Below the pieces are notes generated by a model, which was not told where the DNA came from, searched no databases, and saw only the letters and a list, made by a program, of their open reading frames with translations. A stretch of DNA of 63,972 nt, filler included, from Octopus bimaculoides (taxonomy: Eukaryota): assembly GCF_001194135.2 (NCBI RefSeq). It is 6 parts of 6 records of this genome, joined end to end, with 100 filler letters (N's around TTAATTAATTAA, not from the genome) between each part and the next. Parts side by side here need not be neighbours in the genome. Positions count along the whole stretch, not along the records: positions 45,094 to 59,864 come from NC_068982.1; positions 59,965 to 62,821 come from NC_069010.1; positions 62,922 to 63,972 come from NC_068988.1; 3 more parts are not named here. The stretch is one strand, 5' to 3'. Below are positions 51,855-63,972 of the stretch, in pieces (the first letter of the stretch is position 1; every line of letters starts with the position of its first letter). The translations under genes and the position numbers were made by a program.

Positions 51855-52691
51855 CATGGTGCAATGGGTAAATTTTCGCCATTTTATAATTTTTATTTCG
51901 CACATGTGCATTGTTTGCTTTTGATTTTGTCGACTACACAGTATAGTAGGGTCAGTTGTGCACCATCTGTGAGAAAAACAGCACCATGACACAATTCACT
52001 CTGCCAGAAATTTGGAAACAACATGCTTATCTGCTTGGCATTTGTGCTGGAGCATTTCAGAGTGTTAAGATGTCAATCTGAGGACATGTACCAAGAGTGA
52101 TAAAAATCAAACATCCAGTCAACATCATGGTGTTTGGAGTGATTACCAGTGATGGCGACATTATGCCTCCATTCATCTTCCCACACAGCCTCACACTCAA
52201 CATGGAGGCTTACAGCAAGTGCCTGGTGGAAGTAGTGCTGCCCTGGGTGAAGAGGGTGGCTGCTGGAAGAGCCTATGTCTGGCAACAGGACTTTGCACCA
52301 TGCCACACAAGCAGAAGAACCCAGTCATGGCTGTCAGACAATTTCTGCAGCCACACTCCTAACATTTGGCCACCTAACTCCCCAGACTGCAACCCCCTTG
52401 CAGTTGAGCAAGAGACCAACAAAACTCCTTGTAACACCAAAGATGAACTGAAGGCAAGGATTATGGCAGCATTCACCAACTTAAACAAGGAGACTGTCCA
52501 GAAGAGTTGCAGGAGATTATGAAGTCATCTAGAAGTCATGGTTGAAGCCAATGGCGATTTTATTGAATGAATTTACTCTTTAATATTTCAAAATATTTAT
52601 ATGTAATTTTGGTAAATATGTCTGTTAAAATGAGATGTGTGTTATTTTCATTTTTGCGTAATTTAGATGACAATTTATTCACCACACCATG
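51855..52691 (+). mobile_element. Tc1/mariner element of maT (DD37D)-like type, internally deleted
   Basis: KHPVNIMVFGVITSDG..MPPF...YVWQQDFAPCH...WPPNSPDCNPL; degenerate TIRs catggtg...taaatt.tc; TA on both sides. Confidence 0.9.
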
Positions 52692-53251
52692 TATATATAC
52701 ATGCATGTATATNNNNNNNNNNNNNNNNNNNNNNNNNNNNNNNNNNNNNNNNNNNNNNNNNNNNNNNNNNNNNNNNNNNNNNNNNNNNNNNNNNNNNNNN
52801 NNNNNNNNNNNNNNNNNNNNNNNNNNNNNNNNNNNNNNNNNNNNNNNNNNNNNNNNNNNNNNNNNNNNNNNNNNNNNNNNNNNNNNNNNNNNNNNNNNNN
52901 NNNNNNNNNNNNNNNNNNNNNNNNNNNNNNNNNNNNNNNNNNNNNNNNNNNNNNNNNNNNNNNNNNNNNNNNNNNNNNNNNNNNNNNNNNNNNNNNNNNN
53001 NNNNNNNNNNNNNNNNNNNNNNNNNNNNNNNNNNNNNNNNNNNNNNNNNNNNNNNNNNNNNNNNNNNNNNNNNNNNNNNNNNNNNNNNNNNNNNNNNNNN
53101 NNNNNNNNNNNNNNNNNNNNNNNNNNNNNNNNNNNNNNNNNNNNNNNNNNNNNNNNNNNNNNNNNNNNNNNNNNNNNNNNNNNNNNNNNNNNNNNNNNNN
53201 NNNNNNNNNNNNNNNNNNNNNNNNNNNNNNNNNNNNNNNNNNNNNNNNNNN

Positions 53252-53309
<58 letters not shown>

Positions 53310-54414
53310 TGTGTGTATGCATACATACAAACATGTAAGCATACAAAAGTGAATCCCAGAGACGTATGATGATTTATATGAAACTGATGAACATTACATG
53401 TAAATGTGAAATTGTGTACAGCTACAAGTATTTATTCGCTTTCATGTTTACACACAGCTAACTCCTATTTAACGTAAACAACAAATAAATACGCAACTAA
53501 ATATTATTAACCAACCTCGAAGTAATTATTCAATTAGATTGAATTGAGAAAAATACGGATATTGGGATTCTGTTGTTCACGTCTAAGCACAACACAAATT
53601 TTTCTATATACAGTGAGTCAACAGCCAGAATTTTATATTAAAGTTTTGTGGAGTTTTTTGGGGTTTTTTTTTTTTTTTTGCAATAAGAGCAATGAGAATT
53701 GATATTACTACATATTTGGCAGTTGTAATAATATTACTCATAATATTTTCTGCTTGTGGGTCTATTTCAACTCACGAACAACAATATTATATTTCTTATA
53801 AAAAATGCTTCCACGCTGTTAATAACTGGTTATATCTTACATTCTTTCATAAGTTCTTTTGACTTTTGTTTTTGTTTACTGGGTTTGTGAAACAGTGGAT
53901 TTATACCAGTTCATTGATTCAGCTCTTTGACCATACCAGAGTTGGCATGTATCAGTTCCCAGTTTTTGCATTTATGCCAAATTTAGCTCAGCCTTTTATT
54001 TTTCTACAATTCATAAAAATGGCTTCTGAGAATAACAGGAATAAGCGATCAACAATGAGCAATGGATAGAATAAATATCTGCCAAGATTTTGGGATTGCT
54101 TGTTCTGTTAGTTGTTGTTGTTTTTTTGTAAATTGTCAGCATGGAAGTAATTAATGAAATTTTTTATTTTTATTTTGAAATTCTAAAATGTTATTTGTTA
54201 GAAACTACATTCCTCCTTTGTATGCCATCATATTTCTCGTTCTGTACATAGTAGCATTGTTGTCGTTTAGCCCCAGGTCAACCATCATGGAGCGGACATG
54301 TGATCAAAAGTGTTCTAGCTGAAATCCCATCGACACCTTCATTATTTATATCTATTTACTTATCCATATATGTGTGTGTGTGTTTGTGTGTGTGTGTGTA
54401 TATATATATAAAAA

Positions 54415-54510
54415 TATATATATAAAGCCCAAAAAGAACAAACACAAAGAAACAACAATGCGAGGACGTGGTACATGTAATGTATTAGCAGACGCACAGG
54501 AAAGGAAAGA
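54415..54510 (-). mobile_element. F1 3' fragment lacking the hammerhead
   Basis: Reverse complement of tttcct.tgcgtctgctaata..ttaca.gtaccacgtcctcgcattgttg. Confidence 0.7.
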
Positions 54511-54608
54511 TATATGTATGTGTGTGTGCGTGTGTGTGTGTGTGTGTATGTATATATGTATGTATGTATATATGTGTATATATATATATGTGTATGTATA
54601 TATGGATG

Positions 54609-54657
<49 letters not shown>

Positions 54658-55199
54658 TTATACTTGTATGTATTATCATCATCACCATCATCATTTTGGA
54701 GTACATTATCTACTGTGCTCTTTTGCTTTAAATAGGAGGGTGCCACAGAGGAGAGATTTAGTTGGATTCAGCTGCTATATCCAGAAAGTCAAGATAGCAT
54801 ATAAAGGCTCATTTACTAACCGTACTGACTTTGTTTACAAATAGCTGTTTGCATTCAGTTTGTTAATTAGATTAAAGTTAAAATAAAAAATTAACGAGAG
54901 CTTTCCTACTGTGTTTTAGAATTAATAACTCTTTATAACATGCTTGTCAATTAAAACAGACGTTAATCCTGATTTCAACCGTAGAAAAAAAGACCTCAGA
55001 TTGAAGGGAGGAGTATGAACAATTATATGAACTCCTGTACTTAACTAGTACTTTATTTTAGTGAACCTGGAAAGATGAAAGATAAAGAGGGCTCCAGCAG
55101 AATTTTACTTAAAATGGAAAAGGCAGTAAATGAATATTATAATTGGGTATTTTGTCACTTTATGGTTCTGTCAACTCACCTTCCATCTTCAGGTGCATT

Positions 55200-55660
55200 A
55201 ATATTGATTTCGAATTTTGGCACAAGGCCAGTAATTAGTGGGGAGAGGGTAATTCACTTACATTGATCCCAGTGGTACTCATTTTATCGATCATTATTTT
55301 ATCACTGTTACTTATTTTATCAATCCTGAACGGATGAAAGGCAAAGTTGACCTCAGCGGAATTTGAACTCAGAATCTAAAGACAGAAGAAATACTGCTAA
55401 GCATGTTGCCCGGTGTACTAACAATTTTTATTTCGTTATTGCCCACAAGGGGCTAAACATAGAGGGGACAAACAAGGACAGACAAAGGGATTAAGTCAAT
55501 TACATCGACCCCAGTACACAACTGGTACTTAATTTATCGACCCAGAAAGGATGAAAGGCAAAGTCGACCTCAGCGGAATTTGAACTCATAACATAAAGAC
55601 AAACGAAATACCGCTAAGCATTTCTTCCGGCATGCTAACGTTTCTGCCAGCTCGCAGCCT
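55200..55660 (-). mobile_element. Two adjacent SINE B copies
   Basis: ggatgaaaggcaaagt.gacctcagcggaatttgaactca twice. Confidence 0.85.
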
Positions 55661-55734
55661 TAACTAACTTGGTCACCTAGGTAGCAGACGATATCAACTA
55701 CTTCTAGTTTCTCCCCCTGATGTGTGATGGAATC

Positions 55735-55831
55735 TGTTTTCTATATTTAAGAGATGAGGAATTATGTACATTATTTACATTATTTACATTTGACAGATAT
55801 TTGTCCTCATCTTGTTTCTTGTTAACACAAC
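55735..55831 (-). mobile_element. F2 3' fragment truncated inside hammerhead stem II
   Basis: Minus strand begins cagccgaaatgttgtgttaacaagaaacaagatgagg. Confidence 0.75.
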
Positions 55832-56363
55832 ATTTCGGCTGTGGGGGAGTGTCATATTCATGTGTTGGGAGGAATTCTTTGGGGTGTGGATAATTCACCT
55901 CTGGAAACATGGGTGTCTCGTTCAGCATCCTTAAACAACCCTTATTCAGGGAGCTTTTGAGCAGGATGGGCTACTCACCATGAAGAAAATAATTCTAGAT
56001 GAGCCCTCACCTGCAAGGTCATGAGCTATTTATCTTGATACGTCGTGCACATAGGGTTGTGATGCATGTGCCTGGTGTACCCTTATCAGATGAGTAGTCA
56101 TGATGGGTATACTGGGCTTCATATATTTTACCCCAGTGTCACATTGATGTCATGCACTGCTCTCTCACTCAATAATAATAATAATAATAATAATAGTAGC
56201 AGCAGCAGCAGCTGCAGTGACAATGACTATGACGATTATAATGATGATGATGATGATGATGATGATGATGGTGATTATGATGCCATCAGTGCATTGATTA
56301 TCTCAAACCAGTTGTAATGGTTTTATCTTTCTTCTCACTAGCTTTGATGAAATAACCACCAGC

Positions 56364-56412
<49 letters not shown>

Positions 56413-56702
56413 GTATATATATATATACATATATATATCCTGTATACTGTGAAAGTACTGCAGAACAAACTTTGCCCAAAGACACTGCAATACTGTTGTA
56501 GTAACTATGATAAAACCTGTATTTACAATGGAGTAATGACAATGATAATGAATAGGAAGAGGGGTGTAGTAGGAGGAGAGGGAGAAGGGAAGCGGCAGGA
56601 GCAGGCTCAAGAGGAAGTGGAAAGTCGATGAGGAAGATGAAGATTCTGTGTTATTCGCTACAAATCAATAGAAGGAAAGATAATGTGTAATACACAGCAT
56701 AC

Positions 56703-56760
<58 letters not shown>

Positions 56761-58904
56761 ATCCCAATTTCCTTTGATAAAGAGTGTCTTCAGAAAGGTT
56801 TATTCCAAAGTCAGATCGTATATAATGGCTGTGGGAAACAGCAGTAGGTGTCAATATCGGGAGTTTCTTGATGATATCTATAGTAATTGGAGATCTTTTA
56901 TTTACAATACAAATGGGTTTTTCTTCACCAAACATTCATTAACTTTCATTCTGTGAAAACAATTTCAAACTACAAAATAAATAGACAAAAACAACAACTA
57001 ACAGATATATGTATACCAATGCATAAACAGCATCAATTTCGGAAGGGAATTTCTTAACTGGGAGCGACATGTGTTAAAATTTGGAAGGAATTAATGTGTT
57101 TCTATGAACAAATGTTACCGTTTTTGATTGGCTATTGCTTAGAGGCCAATACAATTATCTGTCCAAATTGATGCTTGTTTGTATACCATGCAATGTGTGT
57201 GTGTGTGTGTATGTGTGCATAGATATGAATGTCTGTGTGTGTGTACAGATGAATGTAGGTGTGGGGGGGGTGGATTTTCATCGAACAAGGAGTGACATCC
57301 GCACAAGTGGAAACGACATAGATGTTGTTGTTAATGATGTATTCAATTTGTTGTTTTTGTTCTTGTTGCAAACTTCTTTCCATATTACGAGAACTTATCC
57401 TATAAAAGATTTGACCTCAATATTGCATGTCAACAAAATATAATTTAAACAGCCTCTCAAAACTCCTTTTACTAACAAAATTAGCACTAACTCTGAACTT
57501 CTTCTCCTTCAAATCAACATGAGAGGATTCATGATTAGATCTGGTTATAAATACATCAACATATTTATTTTCAACAAATTCTTAAAGCCTGTTTTTAACT
57601 CTATAACCCAGAGGTGCCAAACATATTTGGCTTTTCAGGCTGGACTGAAGCATAAACTAGATCTAAGGGGCAGGATAGTGGAAATTATTCCTAAAAACCG
57701 TATTCATAATGTAGGCTAAAATACATGGATAAAGGGGTTATGTTATATAAAAAAAAAAAAGCGGGAAAGAATGTGAAATATTAGCAAAAGTTGCGTGTAG
57801 AGATATGTGAGAAAAATTCATCTATACAGTATACGTATGGTCCTATTAAGTAAATATCTTTTGAGTGAGAATGGAGATAGAAATTGTTCAACAGAATGCA
57901 TATAGTTCTTAAGAAAACATCAATGCTTGATAAAAAGCTTGCACTGTTTCAGCTGCTAAATCTTTTTTGATCATTCATATCACTAGAACTCATTCAAATG
58001 AACATGTGCTTAAATTTGAAAAAATAAAACACTCCATCTCTAATTCTGTGTGAAAGTAAAGAGAAAACAGCTCATAACTATTAGTATGTGAAGTGATAGT
58101 CTTCTTTTTCATTCGTTGAAATGACAAAAATTTCTCTATGGTGCACTGATTTGAGTAACTGGAATCAGTGTTGATCATGGTTTAAGTTGAACTCTGATTG
58201 TGAACACATGCTTACACTAGATATGTTTTACAGATTATTTTTAAATTGAAAAAAATTCTTTTTTTCTAAAATTGCAACAGAGCTGGATTAAACATTGACA
58301 CAGGAGGTATTCGGCTTGCAAGTTATATGTTTGACACTCTTAGTGTAGATTGATGACTCCGTCAAACAATCTAACTGAGACAGACATTTTTCTTTCACTT
58401 TTCTTGTGTGCAACATTTACTCTGCTCTGAAATTTACTTGTATCGTGGACACCTCCATATAATTTTTCTTTTCTTATAAATGGCCTCACCAAAAAAGTAT
58501 GACTCTATAATTTCCTCAGTATACAATAAAACTACTGATGCATATGTCTAATTCAATAGTCCTTTTTATCCTTAATCCATTAAAGCTTACCCTTAGTTTA
58601 ACTTTCAACTTCAACCTGCAGTAAATGACATACATATCTTTCCATAACATTTGTAATTTGTCTGACATAAAAGCAGCACATAACTTGCTTACTTACCCAG
58701 GTATCTCTCACTATGCAGTGTCCCAGTGACCCTGTTGCCTGTAACTAACTCCATTATTCTCTAGTGTATATATTTTACTTCGAAGACGGTTTTTTTGCTA
58801 AAGTTTGGCTCACTTCTTACTATTTCTGGTACCACTTCTCTTGAACATAGGACTCTACTTCTGTTTAAGGATTTTACTTCTTTTTAACATGGTTGGTACA
58901 TATT

Positions 58905-58955
58905 AGTATCTATCTATCTATCTGTCTATCTATCTATCTATATATATATACCAAC

Positions 58956-58999
<44 letters not shown>

Positions 59000-59057
59000 A
59001 AAGGTAGGCGGGCTGGCAGGCAGATAGATAGACAGCCAGACAGACAGACAGACAGAC

Positions 59058-59115
<58 letters not shown>

Positions 59116-59656
59116 GTAAGGAGGTAGGCGAACTGGCAGGCAGACAGNNNNNNNNNNNNNNNNNNNNNNNNNNNNNNNNNNNNNNNNNNNNNNNNNNNNN
59201 NNNNNNNNNNNNNNNNNNNNNNNNNNNNNNNNNNNNNNNNNNNNNNNNNNNNNNNNNNNNNNNNNNNNNNNNNNNNNNNNNNNNNNNNNNNNNNNNNNNN
59301 NNNNNNNNNNNNNNNNNNNNNCAGATAGATAGACAGCCAGACAGACAGACAGACAGACAGATAGATAGATAGATAGATAGATAGATATATAGATAGATAG
59401 ATAGATAGATAGACTGGAAAGGTAGAAACACTGCTTATATAACAGAGACACTCGTTTTGCAACTATCACGTTACGTCAGAACATATACAAACGCCCACAC
59501 AAGTACAGAAATATTGTGCTAAGAAGCACAGAAATATCAGCATTGCTCACAAAGTTTTGGTCTGCTCGGATTTATAGTAGAAGACACTGGCCAAGGTACA
59601 TGTTGTTGGCACTCCGTCGCTTACGGCGTCGAGGGTTCCAGTTGATNNNNNNNNNN

Positions 59657-59697
<41 letters not shown>

Positions 59698-59864
59698 GTA
59701 AGGAGGTAGGCGAACTGGCAGGCAGACAGACAGACAGACAGATAGCCAGACAGACAGACAGACAGACAGACAGGCAGACAGACAGTCAGACAGACAGGCA
59801 GACAGACAGATAGATAGATAGATAGATAGATAGATATATAGATAGATAGATAGATAGATAGACT
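58905..59864. repeat. Compound (GATA)n/(GACA)n satellite with a recurring unique spacer
   Basis: ggtaaggaggtaggcgaactggcaggcagacag at ~59114 and ~59697, variant at ~59003. Confidence 0.8.
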
Positions 59865-59964
59865 NNNNNNNNNNNNNNNNNNNNNNNNNNNNNNNNNNNN
59901 NNNNNNNNTTAATTAATTAANNNNNNNNNNNNNNNNNNNNNNNNNNNNNNNNNNNNNNNNNNNN
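59865..59964. other. Artificial scaffold linker
   Basis: 44 N + TTAATTAATTAA + 44 N. Confidence 0.97.
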
Positions 59965-60017
<53 letters not shown>

Positions 60018-60657
60018 AGTAATCCGTAAGGGAAATAACTCCTGTATCAATATATTAAAGTTATCTTCCCGTGTCTTTTGCTCTTGAGGTTTTTTTTGTT
60101 TTTAAACCAAGATTTTGTTCATCGTCTGCTACAAACTGGCATCGGAACAAAATTTAGCGCACGTCAGAAGTATCCATCCACCACCTACAGTTTATATAGT
60201 CCAGTCATAGGAAAATTGCGCTGCACAGAACATTCTGAAAGCATACAGCTCGCCTGATGATAACCATGTTTCATGCGGCTGGCTTCCCCACAAAATGTCA
60301 CTCGTGACTGATATTGTCATTTAGCCAACTAGAAATAGCAACCGAACCTCCCTCAAATCGTACAGGACATTCTTAAGAAACAGAAATCAACAGCACTCAC
60401 CCGTTTCAGAGTGATTTGAATATAAACCTGCCATCAAAATTGTGTTTTAATTTCTGTTCCAAACAGCAGACGTTTTACAAAATCCTTTCTGAGTTACGTT
60501 TTTTAAATTCTTCCATATTTTCAAAATTAATTGAAACAAAAGCAGTGTATTTCAACAGAAATATCCTACAGTTCTCTATTTAAGAGATGAAGAATTATTT
60601 ATATTATTTACATTATTTACATTTGATGGATATTTGTCCTCATCTTGTTTGTTGTTA

Positions 60658-60701
60658 ACACAATGTTTCAGCTGATATACCCTCTAGTCTTCATCGGATG
60701 T
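60658..60701 (-). ncRNA. Degenerate hammerhead motif (F2); element spans 60566-60727
   Basis: ACAT-CCGATGA-A-GACTA..CAGCT-GAAAC-ATT-GTGT. Confidence 0.5.
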
Positions 60702-60959
60702 CTTGGGGGAAATTTCGAACCTGGGCCCATGAGACTGGCTAGGCTTTAAAAGAGCATATTTATTTTTTTATATATATTATATATATATTCTGCCAAATCA
60801 GATTGGAGCCTGGTGTAGCCATCTGGTTTCACCAGTCCTCAGTCAAATCGTCCAACCCATGCTAGCATGGGAAGCGGACGTTAAACGACGATGATGATGA
60901 TGATACATACACACACACACACACACACACACATATGCATATATTTGTATGTGTGTGTT

Positions 60960-61710
60960 GATAACACCCAGATGGAGGTGCTTCTTTTCCACTCACCAAA
61001 ATGAATGGAGCTTTGGCGAGGAGGAACTGAATAATATCAGATGCTTATCAACCAGCTTATGTGATGCTTGCATTACTATCTCTAGCATAAAACTGAGTGA
61101 CTATATTCATAAAAGTGAGGCACAAGCAAAATGCAGCATATCAGGTACTGAAGCCATCTTCATCAAAATATCACTTAGATGGTCATCTCATCTCTCATGT
61201 ATAAGTGTTATCAGAATTCCAAAGCAACTTCTCTTTGGCCAATTCCTAACAGGAAGGTCGGTTGGAAGGCCACTCTTGTGCTTCAAAGACAAACTAAAAG
61301 ACAATCTGAAGTGATGCAATATGCCCTTTTTCTTCCTTGGAAAATAAAGCTTCAGAAAGCAGGACGTGGCACCAGCCAATCCTGCTTCTCTTCAGTTCAA
61401 AGATTTGAGCAAAGTCAATTCCAACGCCAGGACCAACTATGTGCAAGCTTGAAGGCGCACTCTGCAAAACACTGCTCCTCTAAATGGAAACCTTACCTGT
61501 CTTTGTGATTTTGCGGCATGAATCAAAGAAGTCCTTGCTGTCCACTCGAGAAAACACATAGTAAATGACACACAAGCACTCAAGCAAACTGAGTCCTCAA
61601 CTTGTTCCCTTTGCCAAAAGGTTTGCAAGGAATCGGCAGGCCTCAACAGATACACTCGTGTTTATAGAACATGATTAATGCTTTATTTTACTGAATCCTC
61701 ATTTGTCATT
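60960..61710 (+). mobile_element. RTE-clade LINE ORF2 C-terminal fragment, decayed
   Basis: EAIFIKISLRWSSHL...RIPKQLLFGQF..GRSVGRPLLCFKDKLKDNLK. Confidence 0.85.
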
Positions 61711-62276
61711 CACAACAAGAGAATCTATATNNNNNNNNNNNNNNNNNNNNNNNNNNNNNNNNNNNNNNNNNNNNNNNNNNNNNNNNNNNNNNNNNNNNNN
61801 NNNNNNNNNNNNNNNNNNNNNNNNNNNNNNNNNNNNNNNNNNNNNNNNNNNNNNNNNNNNNNNNNNNNNNNNNNNNNNNNNNNNNNNNNNNNNNNNNNNN
61901 NNNNNNNNNNNNNNNNNNNNNNNNNNNNNNNNNNNNNNNNNNNNNNNNNNNNNNNNNNNNNNNNNNNNNNNNNNNNNNNNNNNNNNNCAACTCACATAGG
62001 CAATGTGAGTTGCGGGTAACTGCTATCTGTTGGAGTTTCAGCATTTTTAGCTGCTATTTCTGAACTTCGGTATGTGGTGAAGCAACCTGTTGCTGATCCC
62101 TTAATTTTGTTTATAAATGTATAAGAACTTTTAAATAAGTTCCACACCGATAATGGTGCTTACATACCGATGGGCTTGGTAAAAATTATTAATTATTAAT
62201 TTATTAATAAATTGATAATCCTTTACCCTTTTAATTATAATAATTAATTATATATATATATGTATATATATATTTG

Positions 62277-62363
62277 TATAAAATTTAATAAATGGAGTAA
62301 TACGCATATGTTAAATGAATTCTTATGAACATATGCGTATTACTCCATTTATTAAATTTTATA
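62277..62363. repeat. Perfect 36-bp inverted repeat at the end of a copy of the 10995-11235 family
   Basis: 62277-62312 vs 62328-62363 exact; 62328-62470 is reverse-complement homologous to 10995-11130. Confidence 0.85.
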
Positions 62364-62636
62364 TTTACTCAAATACCGCAAACTAACAGGAAGTTTCTAC
62401 CTCATAAACAGGAGTTACACCACAGTCATTTTGTGATGTTTGTTACCCTGGTATCTATTAACCAATTTGTTTTGTCGGAGTTAATTGTTAACTAAGAGAA
62501 AAAAATACATATAATCAAATATGTATATGTATATATATTTGTACATATATATATATATATACATTTCAATATGTGACTGCGTGTGTATCGTTGGCGATTT
62601 TCTTTCTCAGTCTTCCCTTCTTTGGACTTTTTCTAT

Positions 62637-62671
62637 ATTTCTGATGAAGAGCTTCGCTCGAAACATGAAAT
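62637..62671 (+). ncRNA. Hammerhead motif (F1), cleavage triplet lost; element spans ~62590-62775
   Basis: ATTT-CTGATGA-A-GAGC-TTC-GCTC-GAAAC-ATG-AAAT. Confidence 0.6.
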
Positions 62672-62774
62672 CCTCTTTCTATTCTTTCCTTTCCTGAGTG
62701 TCCAATAACACTGTACTTGCACCATGTCCTCACGTTGTTGTTCTTTTCTTGCTTGTTCTTGTTTGGTTTGACCT

Positions 62775-62821
<47 letters not shown>

Positions 62822-62921
62822 NNNNNNNNNNNNNNNNNNNNNNNNNNNNNNNNNNNNNNNNNNNNTTAATTAATTAANNNNNNNNNNNNNNNNNNNNNNN
62901 NNNNNNNNNNNNNNNNNNNNN
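62822..62921. other. Artificial scaffold linker
   Basis: 44 N + TTAATTAATTAA + 44 N. Confidence 0.97.
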
Positions 62922-63628
62922 CACCACCACCATCACCACCACCACCACCACCACTACTACCATCACTACTACCAGCATCACAAAAACTACCACCCCCATC
63001 GCCGCCACCACCACCACCAACACCAAACCACCCAGTTCACATCCGTACACTTTATCTTTCAGTCTCGATATCATCACAGTTCCCATAATTCATTAGTCAT
63101 TCGTCCAGTTTTTATCTAAATGGCGTATCAAAAATACATCACCACCACCAACACCAACACCATCACCAACGTCCCCTTATTCACCCCCACCCCCACCCCC
63201 ACCGTCGCAATTTCAATTTATTTCTCTCATCCTCAGCTTCATTATATCTCTACCCAGAATGCCTTTCGTCTTCCTCTCACGTTATTCGCTTCCATTTCCT
63301 TCGTTCGTCTATTTATTTGGTTATCTTTCACATCTAATCATTCCCTTTTCGTTTGGTCAGCCTAAATATTTTATTTTCTGCAATTTCTTCTCATTCGTTA
63401 CTTTTCTGTTTTCGGTTGTAATTTTTCTTTCGTCTTCTTATTCTCTTCTTTTTTGGTGCTGCAATTTTCCTTTTATTTTTCTTTATTCTTTTTTGTTTTT
63501 AATTTCAGTTCTATTAATTTCTTTCTTTCTTTCCTAACAAATTTTCTATTTTCATATTTTCTGCTTCTGTTCCTTATTGTAATTTTGCATCTGTATTACT
63601 GCATCTCTGTCATCATGTGTATATATAC

Positions 63629-63673
<45 letters not shown>

Positions 63674-63972
63674 CGTGCGTGTGTGTGTGTGTGTATCTAT
63701 GTGTGTGCGTATGTATGCATGTATGTATATCGTCTGATTCATCATATTAAAAATTCATTCTCTTTCTTTCCAATCTATCCACCTTATATCTGTACTTTTA
63801 TATTTTATCGCTTTTCTCTTCTCAATTTCATATTCCTTTATCTTTTTCATTTATATTATTTAGCATTTCTTCTTCTTCTTCTTCTTCTTCTTCTTCTTCT
63901 CCTTCTTCTTCTTCTTCTTCTTCTTCTTCTTCTTCTTCTTCTTCTTCTTCTTCTTCTTCTTCTTCTTCTTCT

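Noticed and set aside
58440-58770. Chain of minus-strand donors and acceptors with ~80-nt introns
   Set aside because: No phase-consistent open reading frame could be assembled.

Overview
Repeat-saturated, AT-rich metazoan DNA. The SINE families and microsatellite load suggest a coleoid cephalopod, probably Octopus (inference, not verified). The window is not one contig: five identical 100-bp linkers (44 N + TTAATTAATTAA + 44 N) join six segments, and there are many other N gaps. No protein-coding gene can be called confidently. The best candidate is a minus-strand exon (9130-9703) encoding a hydrophobic N-terminus plus a 6-aa Gln/Glu/Cys repeat. Recognisable mobile elements: several tRNA-derived SINE families; fragments of four non-LTR clades (CR1-like, R4/Dong-like, L1/Tx1-like, RTE-like); two Tc1/mariner remnants; and an LTR-like segment. 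The most notable signal is a set of minimal type I hammerhead ribozyme motifs in at least four unrelated short repeat families (eight near-complete motifs). They show compensatory stem changes, palindromic stem III and an extra nucleotide after the CUGANGA core. One family places the hammerhead behind a tRNA-like Pol III head, resembling a retrozyme or Sm-alpha-type SINE. Several long near-perfect inverted repeats are also present. All structures were read by eye; no folding or homology search was run.
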